Positions 24,333 through 37,395 of a stretch of DNA of 64,000 nt are shown one piece after another. Below the pieces are notes generated by a model. That model had not been told where the DNA came from. It saw only the letters and a list, made by a program, of their open reading frames with translations, and did not search any database. Location of the stretch: the NCBI GenBank assembly GCA_051313645.2, contig JBNRSN020000012.1, forward strand, positions 32,550,001 through 32,614,000. The letters are read 5' to 3'. The position numbers were made by a program, and so were the translations under genes. The stretch is from Centroscyllium fabricii (taxonomy: Eukaryota). Numbering within the stretch: the first letter of the stretch is position 1; each line of letters starts with the position of its first letter.

Positions 24333-27300
24333 GCAACCTGCTGGTGTTACAAAGAGTTTAAAATGTTGAAAGGCAGCTGAACTGACTAGAGTAAAGAGCA
24401 ACAGAATAAACACTATTTTGATTCATTTCGAGGGTTACAAAAAAAAAAGCCGGCCATGAATACCGGCATTGTCCATGCTTTTCTAAAATCTGATTCACCA
24501 TATCATAACCCCTAGGAAGAAGAAAACATCAATATCGCGAAAGGAAAGAAGATGTTTCTATGGAAAACCGAGGAATTTACTCCATAACAGATCTGGCGAA
24601 AAATCAAAGAGATCAAAGCGGACGCTCCTGGGAGTTGGATGCGGCTCTGAATCAAAGATGTGCGAGGTGGACTCCAAAGTCTTTGGCTTCATTTCAATTC
24701 TGAATCCCTATTCCAAGGGAAATGCTGTGGAAACTTCACCCCCCCCCCCTAAATCAGTCAAAACCAACACTTCAGCAGGTGCTGATGAAGGCATAAACAT
24801 CGCATCAGTCTGGCCAATGTGCATGCATGACATTCAAATAACAGTGTTAGAGCCCGAACATTATTACTACTTGGTTCTGCAAATGCATATTAATGAAAAA
24901 GAGAAAAAAAAACGACACATTCCCCAGGCAGCACTGCAGTTAAAGCATAACAATATAACAAGAGTACTGTACTGTAACTTAAAAAAATAGTAAGTAATAT
25001 TCTTATCCTTATCAATTGTAAAAACAATGGCAATATACAGGGTCGATACTTGTTAGTGCAACTGGCGGGATCTATATTTAGCCTTCATCATTGTGCGTGG
25101 ATTCTTAACTGAAACCTTTCCCCAGTGACCATTAAACGTGTTTTAATTCCTAAAAGTTATGCTGTTGACACAGAAGCATTGTGCGTTATTGAGTTTGAGC
25201 ATATTTGGAAAACGAATCAAAGGAGTGGATTCTTTTGACATATGGTACAATCTGGATTTATTTTATATCATTAATATAAAATGTTTTCCGCTGCTAATAA
25301 CTATAAAACATAAATAAAAGTGGACAGGATTATTGTCCGGCCAAGTTCAGCTTTTCAATAACTTACGAGGAAAGATAATACCGACAGTATAATACTTTTG
25401 ATCCTGATCTTACAAAAAAAAAATTGGGGAACAATACAACCAATTACGGTCTGGCAGGAAGTTCCAAAGAGCGCGGAGAGACCCCGAAAGGGGTGGCGCT
25501 CTGTGTGGTATCTTCTACACGATGCAGAAAGTTTATCCAAATCAAAAGTTGACAATTTTTCATAAAATTCAAGGAAAACGATGAAAAATGCTAGCAGTAA
25601 TACTGCAGCAAGGACAACAACAAACGCACAATCAACAGTGTCGTCGCCGTTTTGAGAGAGTAAAAACATTCTTTCCAAGCAAAGACGAACCATTCATAAA
25701 AAGAGTTAGGGTATCTTTACTTAAAATCACCTCTTGTATAGGGCGAGACGATTACCATTTTAAAACGGTTCGAAAATTAAATTTGACGTATTTGAAACTC
25801 TTTACTAGATGGTTTCTTAATTGTATTTTGAACATTTCCAATTGTTGTTTAGGCCATTGCAAACCGTGATAAACAATGACTGGAAACTTCCAGAAAGACT
25901 GTGCAAGTGGACACGACCTGTACAACATTTTTTGTTTTCTTTTATGGGTCTATCTATAGATATAAGAAAACCAGACAGATTAGAGCTGGGATCACGTTGA
26001 ACTCTACTTGCTGCTTGCGAAGATGTATTTTCAACAGATTTGCCGTGGTGGAGTTAGTTTGTGGTATATCTCTGGCACAGATTAGGTAGGCCGACAAGGG
26101 ATACTATATCTTATTTTAAGGGTGCTGGATAAGTGTATGTATAAGAAACAAGTGTTACTTGCAGGTCAGAAAGAGAGCCCTAAGTAAACACGGTTCACAG
26201 AAGTCTAAACCCTTTGTGGTGTATGTGCAGCTGGCCAGCCTCTCATTGTCCTGAACTAGACCAAGTGGAAGATCCCTGTTGAACCGCACCAACTGAATGC
26301 ACAAAAAAACAGATTGGGATGTTCTGCATGCATGGGCAACATTGCGGTCCAGAATCCTCCCTTTCCACCCCCCTCCCCTCCCCACCCCCCCTGCTCCTTT
26401 TGGAGGGATGACACTCCAGACATTTTCTGACAATCACAAAAGCATGGCTTGCTTTAGAATGGATTTTGAGCAAAAAAAAAAGTGAGTGAGAAAAGAATCA
26501 GGTTGATAAAAGCCCCAAATGAAAGGCCGGCTTGGACAATAGGGAAAGGAAGTAAACGACAGAAGTAAATGGGGGGAGGAAAGAATGATCTTGTTAAACA
26601 GTAGTTCTTTTTGTCCCAAGTTGTCTCTATGAAAGTTGGAAGCAGTATCATGACACAAAAAACAAGCATGGACCCACACCAATTTCAATCAAGGATCATG
26701 AGCTTTTAAAAGCCTTGATGGCTTATTTAGGTGACAGAAAAATTAAGGGAAGCTTAAATGACTTTGAAAGGTTACACGGGACGCTTTGAATTGCAGCTCT
26801 TCAAAAACACTTGTGCGGCTGGAGTTGACTCAAATTGAATAAATGGTAAACATGAAGTAAAAAGGAATGAAAAGCTAGTTAAAAAGAGACAAAAACAAGT
26901 AGACAATGATAAGCAAAGCCCACACGGTCACCCAGCTGTTGTCTGATGGATTGTTTAAGACAACGAATAAGCAACAAAAAAAAAAGTGAGTAAGCGACAG
27001 AAACGTGATCACAAACCGACTCAGTATTTTAGAAAATGCGCCAACTTCCTATCTTCCCGTGTTCGGAACTTTAATGTCGAAGTTTTCAGATATGAATTAA
27101 AAAAAAAACGAATACAACGTCCAATTAGTCGAATTGTTCAAAAAACCCGAGGAAATGCAACCTTTGTTGAGTTGTAACTGGGGGGGGGGGGGGGGGGGCG
27201 GTGCTCGGTTTTTCCAGTCTTTTACCGATTTAGTGGAAACAGGATGTGTTTGATGTGGGAAAGTTACCAGTAAGAACACAACAAACAGATTGCAGACTAA

Positions 27301-30300
27301 ACCTACACAGTGCACAAAGAACAGGGAGTAAAGTCAATCTAGGCTAAAGCTTCTCCCTAATACACAAACACATTTTGTGCTCAATCTAAACAGTTGTCTA
27401 ATAAAAGTGAAAGATTCTTCAACCCGCTTGGACTTTAAATAATCTTAGATGATAAAGCTAATTTAAATTGGTCCCATTTAATTATTTAGAGTGTTTTAGT
27501 TACAATCCTTTCTTCAGCATGAGTTAGGATTTAACATAGAAGGGCGGGATTCGTTTTAAATATTTAGTGGTTAAAACAACTAGTTACATAAATGTAGAAA
27601 AAAAAACCCATCTGAGTATTTTTGGTAGCCGTTTTGTTTTATTGTGTCTTCATGGAAAGCTGCCGTTGGTAAAGTCCCGTCCTGGTATACCGGTTTCTGG
27701 TCTATCCCCGAGTATCTGAGCATTGCTGACCTCCTGAAACTATTCTTCGGGATTCCAAAATGCACAAAACTTCCGTTTAAAACAAAATCCTGCGTGAATA
27801 TGGCCCTATTGTGCTGGTTAGAATGGGTAATAAACCTATGGCGATGGGCATTTGTGAAATGAATGTCTTGCAACAGAAAGCCAGAAAGACTTCTGAATTT
27901 TCGCGGTTGTTAAGAGAACCGTGCAAAAATGCCTTTAGCAACAAAAAAAAAGATGCCTTCACCTATTTAATTTTCAATGGACAGCGTGGGTTTGAATACT
28001 TTTTGTGGCATAATAATTCTTAAAATAAAAGTAGATTGAATTGAGTTACAGCGATTGGAATACTTGTTTTTATATCTTTTAGCCCGGTCTTTGGTATGTG
28101 CCTGCAGCAGATGAATGGAAAGCGTGGTCCAGATATAAAAGGAAAGGTATGTGAAGAATGCTGCAAAATGCAAAACCTTCTTTCGGGTTGGTAAACTGTG
28201 TTTCACCGTTTCTAATTACTTTTGGTATTGGCAGTTAAATTCAAAGTTATTGACCAGAAGGTAATGTATACCTTGAAGACATATGGCTTGAAGAACCTTT
28301 TTTCATGTTCTGGCGGTTGCAACAAATACTGCAGACTAGGTTGCCTCTATTTTTCTCCCAAATGTAGCTCTGGAATGGGAAAAGTCTCAAAAATCGTTGG
28401 GGGGGTGGGGGGAGGTGCAGTTTTTTGGATGCATTTTGCATTTTAACATCCATGCTGGATGTATTCCACAAAACGATAGAGTTGATGTAAGTGCTGCAAA
28501 ATGTGAATATAAGCACATCTCTAATCTTTTGGTAGTGATGTCTGCGTAGGGATTTGATAGGGTATTTGTACCTTGTAATCACTTCAGATATCTGTTGCTT
28601 CATGATAATCAACTTTCCATTATCACTTTATAAACTTACACTGATTAGGAATCATCAATCCTTCAGTCAGGATATCATCAACTACATAGTTTATCCTGTT
28701 CCAGGATGTCTACCACGAAACTTTTGCTGGATTAAGTATAAACTATAAACAAAGTAAAATTCCTCCCACAAAACCTATCATTAAAAAAAAGCATTTCAAA
28801 AGAATCAGTAATCTTATCAAGGTGTGGTGGTGCTTATAATGCATTCAAATATTGCTCCGAAGCTTTATGACACCACATGAATTTACTAATGAGATTGTCT
28901 TGTAATCACTCCTGGATATTTTACTCTATGTATGGTAATATATTTTTATATCTAGCCTTATCAAACTAGAAAGAACTAAAACAAGATGAAATGCTTACCA
29001 AAAATTTGTGTTAAGATGTAAACTTTAGTGCCAGCTTATTTTTCTGTAATGGTTTGAGTGTAAAATACATTTGAATACAGTAAAACATATTAATTTCTAA
29101 AAACAACTTCTATGCTAATTTAAAATGTTTACTACTATAATGTTTGCAGACATAGCTGCTCATCAAATTATTGGCAAATACAATGATTTGGCTGCTTCCT
29201 CAAAGTGCAGGTGCAGTTTGTCCAGTTTCAACAACATGTTATGCAATTTATCACTCTAACAGTGTAGATCGTATGTTGAGCAAGGAGACAGAAAGTTGAA
29301 TTTAAAAAATGTTATAGGTGAGCACCTTAACTATATTGGCTCACCTGTTCCAGAGTAATAATTACATAATCTGGTTGTTAGTAGGTAGTTGTGATGGAGG
29401 ATGGGGAGTGTTCTTTAAACCAATACTGTGGTCAAAATATAAACAACATTCACAGATTGTGGTAGGGATTGATATGCAATCAGTGGCCAATCAAGTCAGA
29501 GAATTTAGTGACCTCCTCTAACATTAGGTCCATATTCAAAAACTGTTGCTTAGAAGGACAGCTTAAATAATGACTTTCCCCACCAATTTGGTTTGTGATT
29601 CAAAAACCAAAAACAGTGGGCGTTAATGCATTACAAAAGCTCACAACCATAAAACAATCATTATCTGCTAACGACAATGATGAACTTTCCAACATAGTTT
29701 GCGCTGGAATAGGGGACAGACAGCAGATTAAAGCAGGAGGCATAGCTAAGTGCTTTCATCAGTTAAAAGTCCCTAGTTCCAGCATCAAACATGACAGAAA
29801 ATTCACCAACTCCATTAGTAGACGGTGGTCATTCTAAGGACGCAGATTTTTATTATGGTTTCAAAAGTGTTGCTTCTGCCAATCAAATCACTCATTTTAT
29901 CTAATGCACATAGCAATTTGCTTTGCTACAGTTATTCAAAATCTTGAGAAACTGATTATTTAAAATGTAATTCTAAAGAGTTATATTAATATATTGATTG
30001 GAAATGATCAAAACAGCATCCAACCCAACATTAAACAACCCATACAGCTCCATCTGATACATCTCAAGACAACACAACAAAAACAACATTGCAAAACCCA
30101 ATGCAAGTATATAGTAAAATGTAAGAGGTGAATGTGCGCAATATGTAAAGTGATATACTTTGTCAATGAGTAACTATTAGTAACGATCATAATTGGCTCA
30201 TGTTTCAAACTGGAATACAAGCATGAAAATATTTTAGTTCTTTGATTTAGATGTAAAGATAAACCCAGTGACCTAATGGTACATTGTGTTGGTATACCAC

Positions 30301-30432
30301 TGGTGGGATGCAGGTTCACATCCATGATTCCCAACATCTTGAGTTTCTCATTTAAGTTGGATCATCCTGCATAAATCATACAGTTAAAGCAAGGCTTTAG
30401 AGGGTGTGGTAGTGCAGTGTTTATGTTACTGA

Positions 30433-31203
30433 AGGCCCTGTCACACCTTGACGTTTTAGCCAGCGTATGCAAATTTGGCGAATACGCTGGTAAACGTCGG
30501 ATACGTTATGGGTACGTTTTGTATACGTTAAGAGCACGCATACGCTGGCCATAAGTTGCATACGTCGTTGTACTCTGAGTAAGTCGAGAAATTTTGAGCA
30601 TGCACAAAATTTCTCGACGTATCTTGCGTATGATTCACACGTTCCGCATACGCTGGCCATACGTTGTAGGCACGTTAGGCGATCGTTGACACACGTCGAC
30701 ACACGTTACTTGTAAGTTAGTCATAAGTCAAAATACGTCGAGATAATGTCTAGCGTACCCGGAACTTATTTCTAACCTATGAGTAACGTGCTTTGAACCT
30801 ATGTGTAACGTATCTCCAACGCATATTGACGTATTTGACGTCTTCCGGACGACCACAGAACTTATGCCCCTGTCATGCCCTGTCACACCTTGACGATTTA
30901 GCTAGCGTATGCCGACGTATCAAAATTTATCTAAAACGTCGGCGATATGCTGCCGCGCGCTATGTATACGTTAGACTATCGTTGGGCATAAGTTGTGAAC
31001 GCCGACAACATGCTAAGCATTCGTTGGTATAAGTTATCTGTAAGTTATCGATACGTTCTGTGTACGTTACTAATACGTTATGCATACGTCCAACTCGTTA
31101 TGAATACGCTATTATACGCCCAAAACTGAAAAAAACATCGATAGTTCAGCGTTTTAGCCAAATTTGCATACGCTGGCTAAAACGTCAAGGTGTGACAGGG
31201 CCT
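30433..31203. mobile_element. PIF/Harbinger-type non-autonomous DNA transposon
   Basis: Perfect 47-bp TIRs (30433-30479 and 31157-31203) with a 3-bp TGA TSD. Confidence 0.85.
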
Positions 31204-31234
31204 TGAACTAGTGTTCCAGAATCCTGAATTGAGC

Positions 31235-31580
31235 GGAATTGAGCATATAGACCAGGTTTGATTCCCTATCTGTCCTGAAAGTTGCTGATCTTTATCATGT
31301 GGCAGTAGGAATGCTACAATTGGCTTCAGCACCAGGGAGTGAAAAATTAACTAGGGTTCAACTCCTGCACCCTTTCCAGTAACCCCTGTCGTTTGCACGT
31401 GGATGCCAGGTAGGGATCACATTCAACAGTGTTGCTCCCACTGTCAAATATCATTCTAACACTCACTACTCAGCTCACACATGAAGAATGGCCTCTTGGG
31501 TGGATTACCACAGGGAGCCCAGAACCTGTGGAATCTTTAGCCCATCCTGATCCAGTGCCTTCAATACAGGAAGGGAGAAA
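31235..31580 (+). mobile_element. Old SINE-like dispersed repeat
   Basis: B-box-like GGTTTGATTCC. A related reverse-complement copy lies at about 50170-50387 and 50895-51040 (shared cacacatgaagaa.ggcc..ttgg). Confidence 0.5.
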
Positions 31581-32064
31581 TTACATGACGAGACTAAAGG
31601 CACATACATTTCTGCCACACACTTCACGAATAAACGTAATGGATAGATTTTTCCATTACTGCACCTGGGTTTATTAAATTAGCTGAGTGCAGTGCATCAA
31701 GGATATCTGTCAGGGGGGATCACACACTCATAAAGGGACCTGCCTGATTTTCCATCCATTAATTTAAATGGATGGAGAATTGTGGGGTGGAGGTGGGGGG
31801 AGGTTACCTTACGGGCACATGATCCTCTCCGGCTTATTCTCCCCTAAGCCCTGTGCCTAGGTGATCCCATATACTCAAGTGCAGGAACAGGAAAGTCTAC
31901 CCTAATAGAAATGTCAGCCATTAGTCCCTCACTCAAGGCTGACATAATATACTTCCTCATATTGAATGCATAAATTAAGATTCTTTGGCAGTTATATTAA
32001 AAAAATGATTATCAGCCACACAACACATGTATAATAAATACTTTTGAAATAATTATACTGTGAT

Positions 32065-32476
32065 ACATAGAAACATAGAAACATAGAAACTAGGAGCAGG
32101 AGTAGGCCATTCGGCCCTTCGAGCCTGCTCCGCCATTCAATGAGATCATGGCTGATCATCCAAACCCAGTACCCCGCCCCTGCCCTCTCCCCATATCCCT
32201 CGATCCCTCTCGAGCCTGCATCGACACATATCCCACCCTATCCCCGTAATCCCACATATTCAATCCCCCTAACAATAAGGGTCAATTTATCCTGGCCAAT
32301 CAACCTAACCCGCACATCTTTGGACTGTGGGAGGAAACCGGAGCACCCGGAGGAAACCCACGCAGACACGGGGAGAATGTGCAAACTCCACACAGATAGT
32401 ACCCGAGGTTGGATTTGAACCCGGGTCTCCAGTGCTGTGAGACAACAGTGCTAACCGCTGTGCCACCGTGCTGCCC
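32065..32476 (-). mobile_element. HE1-like V-SINE, full length
   Basis: tRNA-derived head with A/B boxes, V-domain (GGGTTTCCTCCGGGTGCTCCGGTTTCCTCCCAC) and a CR1-type tail ending (TTCTATGT)n. Confidence 0.85.
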
Positions 32477-33317
32477 ACCGATACTGTACATAGATTGACG
32501 CCAATATTCTAATAACACAATTCAGTGCGAAGTATTTGACATGGCAGGCCGTGGTACTCGTACCTAATGATGGGATGTACTTTCCTTCTCAGAGGCCATG
32601 AAATTACCTTGTGCTCAGCGTTTCTATGAAATTCCTGTGTTCATTATATTAACAGAGGTACTAATATGTTTAATTCGGATAATTTGTTCTCTTTAAAAAA
32701 AAAATTGTATTTAAACAATGCAGATGGCACCTTAGAGAAATTAATGTGCCTGAGAATGTGAGAAGCATAAACCTGTGCATATAGTTTACATGACACTACA
32801 ACTAAAACACTCAGGGATTGATGGTTCAGAAGTATTTGACGATGCTAATTCAGCTTCATCACACTGTTGAGTTAAGTCACTCTGAGAGACCAGCTCCAAT
32901 ATTCTGTTCTCACATCCAGAGCTCTACAAATGCAACAAGTCCTATCAGCCTACATTTTTTGATCAGTGTTTTTTTTAATGCTGATGGTAACCCACTTATT
33001 TCAAAGTGCACGTCATTGTCATTAAAATAACACTTATTGAAAAACCTGTTATCTGAAATGATGGATATGCAGAACTCAGCTCTCCATCTATCCAACAGTG
33101 CTAAATTTACATTGTGAGTGTGGATCCATATGGCTTCAGAGCAGAATGAGACTTCCGGGCTTTGGTTTGACATCCCATGTAGGATGAATCCACTGCGGTG
33201 TCAAATCTGGTTAACAAAGTGCCCAGGTGGTCCATTGGATCTTCTGGGCACATATTAAATTTAAGTTACCTCTATTTAAATGTATAAAGGGCAGGAATCC
33301 TCCCTCTCCTACTCTAA

Positions 33318-33556
33318 GTTAGGTTGATTGGCCATGATAAATTGACCCTTAGTGTTAGGGGGATTGAATATGTGGGGTTACGGGGATAGGGTGGGATATG
33401 TGCCAATGCAGGCTCGATAGGGATCGAGGGATATGGGGAGAGGGCAGGGGCGGGGTGCTGTGTTTGGATGATCAGCCATGATCTCATTGAATGGCGGAGC
33501 AGGCTCGAAGGGCCGAATGGCCTACTCCTGCTCCTAGTTTCTATGTTTCTATGTTT
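33318..33556 (+). mobile_element. HE1-like SINE, 5'-truncated
   Basis: Matches the 3' half of the 32065 copy. Confidence 0.85.
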
Positions 33557-34427
33557 AAACATGCACATTTACAACTATTAAGAGAGAACTCTATTCAAAT
33601 GTATAATCAACCTACCTGAATGGGAATGGTGCTGTCTTGTGGGAAGGGGAAGGTGGGGGAGGCGGAGTTAAGATGACGGAGATGGTGATTCGTGCCATAT
33701 TCCCAATGCATTCCCACATCCCACCATTTTAACTAGCCTGAAATCAGGCATGGGAAGGCCAGCTGCCTCAGTGCATCGAGGGCTTAATTTAAATGGCAAA
33801 GTCATGTAGCAGTGACATCATGTGGGCATGCTCACCATTTTAATCACAGGCCCAACTAAATCCCACACGGTTTCAAACCCTCCAGCAAAAGCTGACAGCA
33901 AGCAGGTTCCAGGGCACAGGGGACCCAAGTGTGCACATTTCTTTTGTTCACTTTTACTGGTTCCTTGTGGGCCAGGAGAAGCAGGAATGCTCCTCCTGGC
34001 CCCACAAGCATACCTTGGATCTCCCCTGCCCCCGGCTCCCCCCCACCACCCCACCTTGAATCTCCCCTGCCCCAGGCTTCCCCCCCTCCCTCCGCACCCC
34101 CAATCATGAACTTACCGACCAGCCCCAGTTCTTTACTTACCTTGCCACGGACCATTTCTGCGGGTTCCCAAAGACAGACTCACCAGGAATTCTGGCTCCT
34201 GCTCGCTGGTGGTGATGCCATTGCCACTGGTTTCCGGCGGAAGCCAGAGTCAGAGCATGTAACTGAAGCCCAGGAGTTAAAATCATGATCTGGGGGTCGG
34301 GGAGGGGTGTGGGGGGTGGGGGGGGGGGGGGGCGCTGGACGGTTTGCCACTCGCTTTGCCCCCCTCGCACATCCGATTCCCGCTTTGAGTTAAAATCGGG
34401 GCTATCTCAGCTGGTGAGAAGGGTAAG

Positions 34428-34985
34428 ATGTACTTCCTTAGGAAGCTGAAGAAAGCCAGGCTGTCGTCCGGCATCCTCTCCAACTTCTACCGCTGCACAA
34501 TAGAAAGCATACTGACAAGCTGCATCACTGTCTGGTATGGTAATTGCACTATCTCAGACCGGAAAACCCTGCAGTGGGTAGTCAAAACTGCCCAACGAAT
34601 TACCGGTACACAGCTACCGTCAATGGAAAGCATCTACCTCAAACGCTGCTTACGGAGGTCTATGAACATTATTAAAGACCCCACACACCCCAGCCACAGT
34701 CTGTTCGCCCCTCTGCCCTCCGGGAGACGCTACAGAGCAATTTGCACCCGCACGACTAGATTTCAGAACAGCTTCTTCCCCAGGGCTGTCATCCTCCTGA
34801 ACTCTAAAAAGAAACTCCGGTACCTGCACGCCTGATAATGAACTTTACTGTATGCAATTTGAATGTAATTTATTTATTTTGTTTGCACTACTCTCGGGAG
34901 AGTCGAGTCTTCGTCTCGTTGTATTGTACTAGTACTCTGCAATGACAATAAAACTTGAATTGAATTGAATTGAATTGAATTGAAT
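34428..34985 (+). mobile_element. Rex1/Babar LINE 3' end
   Basis: ORF YFLRKLKKARLSSGILSNFYRCTIESILTSCITVWYGNC is typical of the Rex1/Babar RT C-terminus. AATAAA followed by a (TTGAA)n tail. Confidence 0.8.
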
Positions 34986-35853
34986 GCTGGACCACAGGGA
35001 AGGAGGAGATGTCAAAGGGTGATTCAATCTTTTCCAACTTTATACACTTTCTAGGAATTAGTTACAGAACAACATTGGATCAAGTCTCCTGTTTGCCTTT
35101 TCATTTCGGGAATGACACATATCACAGGAAGAGGGAATGTAAAGAGGGGATAGAAAGAGGCCATGCACTCAAAATGGGTCTAGTGCAAATAATAAACTCA
35201 GAACTACTCTACCAAGAAGTAATCTGCTTGAATTAGGGACTGGAGTGAGCAATAATCAATCAGCAAATCTTAGTCCCATGGCAAATACAAATATTCATTC
35301 AGCAATTGAATCACAACAAAAACAATCCTGAACACCCAAAACAACATTTATTCAGCAATTAAGTGTGAACAAAATAAGAGAACTATTGCATTTTATTAAA
35401 AAGTTTATGTTTCTATGATACGCTACTGTCTATGAAATTTGGCAGAAGATATATTAAGTGAGTTGAGCGTTAAAAGCCAAATACATTGGGAAACATTTTA
35501 TTCTTGGATCAGAATTTTATGTTCAACTGTTAGGTTTGGATCAAGTACTTAACTCCATGGAGGGAATGGGAAATGGCATAGGAATTTTACTCTCGATCAG
35601 AATTATGCTTGGATTAGATTTTGAGTTTATTTGAAATCTGATCTACTTGAAAGAAGCTGGGGAATGATTTGGAACCTGTTATAGAAAACTGGTAAAAATA
35701 AAGATAATGCTCCAATGCACTGTACTGAGTGGTAGGGAATGTTTCATGGCCGTGATTCTATACCTGGGAAATGTTGTCCTCTCTGAATGCAATGCATAGC
35801 AAAATTATGATGTGCAAAACTTTAGAAAGAATGTGCCTATAATTTTGCTACAT

Positions 35854-36068
35854 TTAAAAAAATATTCGTTCCTGGGATCTGGGCGTTGCTGGCAAGGCCG
35901 GCATTTATTGCCCACCCTTATTTGCCCCTGAGAAGGCGGTGGTGAACCGCCATCTTGAACTGCTGCAGTTCTTGTGGTGAAGGTGCTCCCACGGTGCTGT
36001 TAGGGAGGAGGGAGTTCCAGGATTTTGATCCAGCGATGATGAAGGAATGGCGATATACTTCCAAGTCA
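35854..36068 (-). mobile_element. CR1/L2-group LINE 3' fragment with 37-bp flanking duplication
   Basis: LINE-type 3' end. Flanks 35817-35853 and 36075-36111 differ by one base. Confidence 0.65.
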
Positions 36069-36265
36069 CTTTAGAAACTTTAGAAAGAATGTGCCTATAA
36101 TTTTACTACATATAATGCACAGGAGAAGGTTTCCCCCTCCCTCTTAGAAAACACTGCCAAGTACAGGACCAGAAATATTCAACCAGATTAATCTTCTTTG
36201 TTACACTGTAGCTACTGTGAGGACACATGGCCAAGTATGTTATCCTCACAGTTTCCAAAGCCAAA

Positions 36266-36348
36266 GGTTGGGGTTGGGTTGGGTTGGGTGGGATGGTGGG
36301 GGCGGGGGGGGGGGGGGGGGGGGGGGGGGGCGGGGGGGGGGGGAGGGT
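36266..36348 (+). repeat. (GGGTT)n plus poly-G tract, G-quadruplex potential
   Basis: Direct reading. Confidence 0.75.
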
Positions 36349-36459
36349 TAAGCAAATTATAGTGGGATAATAATTTTCCCTAAAATTTTCAGGCCAAAGT
36401 GGGCATTGTATGTTATACACAGAGGTATGTTATTGAAAATCTATGCATGGTAAAAAAGT

Positions 36460-37065
36460 TTATTATACTGTATTCGTTGCTCACCATGCAGTCTCCTTTA
36501 CATTGGGGAGACCAAACGTAGATTGGGTGACCGCTTTGTGGAACACCCCTGTTCAGTCCATAAGGGTGACCCCAAGCTTCCGGCCACTTGTCACTTTCAT
36601 TTCTCCTCTCCACTCTGACCTCTCTGTCGTCGGCCTCTTACACTGTTCCAGTGAGGCTCAATGTAAGCTCGAGGAACAGCACCACACCTTTCTGTTAGGC
36701 ACTTTACAGCTTTCTGGACTCAACATTCATTTCAACAATTTCAGACTATAACCTCGGCCCCTATTGTTTCAGGCGACAGCTTGTTGATGATTCTGCCATC
36801 CCCCATTTGCAACATTTAACCGCTCCTGCCTTCCACCCTTTCACAGAACGTCCCTTTTGCTTTTTCTTCCCCTCCCCCTTTCCCGGCCTCTGCACCGGCT
36901 TAAAATCTGCTACATCTCTAACTTTTTTTCCAGTTCTGACGAAGGGTCACAGACCTGAAATGTTAACTCTGTTTCTCTCTCCACGATGCTGCCTGACCTG
37001 CTGAGTGTTTCCATCATTTTCTGCTGTTATTTCAGATTTCCAGCATCTGCAGTATTTTGTTATTG
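36460..37065 (+). mobile_element. Degenerate Penelope-like element 3' end (GIY-YIG endonuclease remnant plus pseudo-LTR)
   Basis: From 36466 it translates YCIRCSPCSLLYIGETKRRLGDRFVEH. After a frameshift it gives KLEEQH..F.LGTLQ..GLNI.F.NF. Confidence 0.8.
36932..36968 (+). ncRNA. Type I hammerhead ribozyme motif (probably degenerate)
   Basis: AGTT-CTGACGA-A-GGGTC(ACA)GACCT-GAAA-TG-TT-AACT. Helix III ATGT is probably CpG-decayed ACGT. Confidence 0.65.
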
Positions 37066-37231
37066 TATACAATATGCTTTCTACTTTTCATTTCGTGGTG
37101 TCTGGAGCACTATCTTCAGCCAAGAGCTTGAGTCAATGACCTGGTGCAAGCCCTTGGTGATTTGTGCTCTGTAGAGGTGTGTGATTGTGCCCTAGGTTGG
37201 TTCTTCCTCTGATTACCCAATCAGAGGAAGA

Positions 37232-37395
37232 ACGGGGATAGGGTGGGATATGTGTCGATGGAGGCTCGATAGTGATATGGGGAGAGGGCAGGGACGGGGT
37301 GCTGGGTTTGGATGATCAGCCATGATCTCATTGAATGGCGGAGCAGGCTCGAAGGGCCGAATGGCCTACTCCTGCTCCTAGTTTCTATGTTTCTA
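37232..37395 (+). mobile_element. HE1-like SINE 3' fragment
   Basis: Tail identical to other copies. Confidence 0.8.

Noticed and set aside
24782-24810. CTGATGA as another hammerhead core (also 8756-8762 minus, 56312)
   Set aside because: No helix II-GAAA-UH-helix I arrangement follows.
25355-25693. 112-aa ORF with a hydrophobic, TM-like stretch
   Set aside because: Explained by an A/C-rich opposite strand. No family resemblance or splice support.
1-28200. Hox-cluster or homeobox gene, suggested by Hox/Cdx motifs and TE exclusion
   Set aside because: No homeodomain (WFQNRR-type) or hexapeptide ORF, and no miR-10 or miR-196 found. The locus cannot be named.
29382-29390. TAGGTAGTT, identical to the first 9 nt of miR-196
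   Set aside because: The sequence diverges immediately afterwards and no precursor hairpin is evident.
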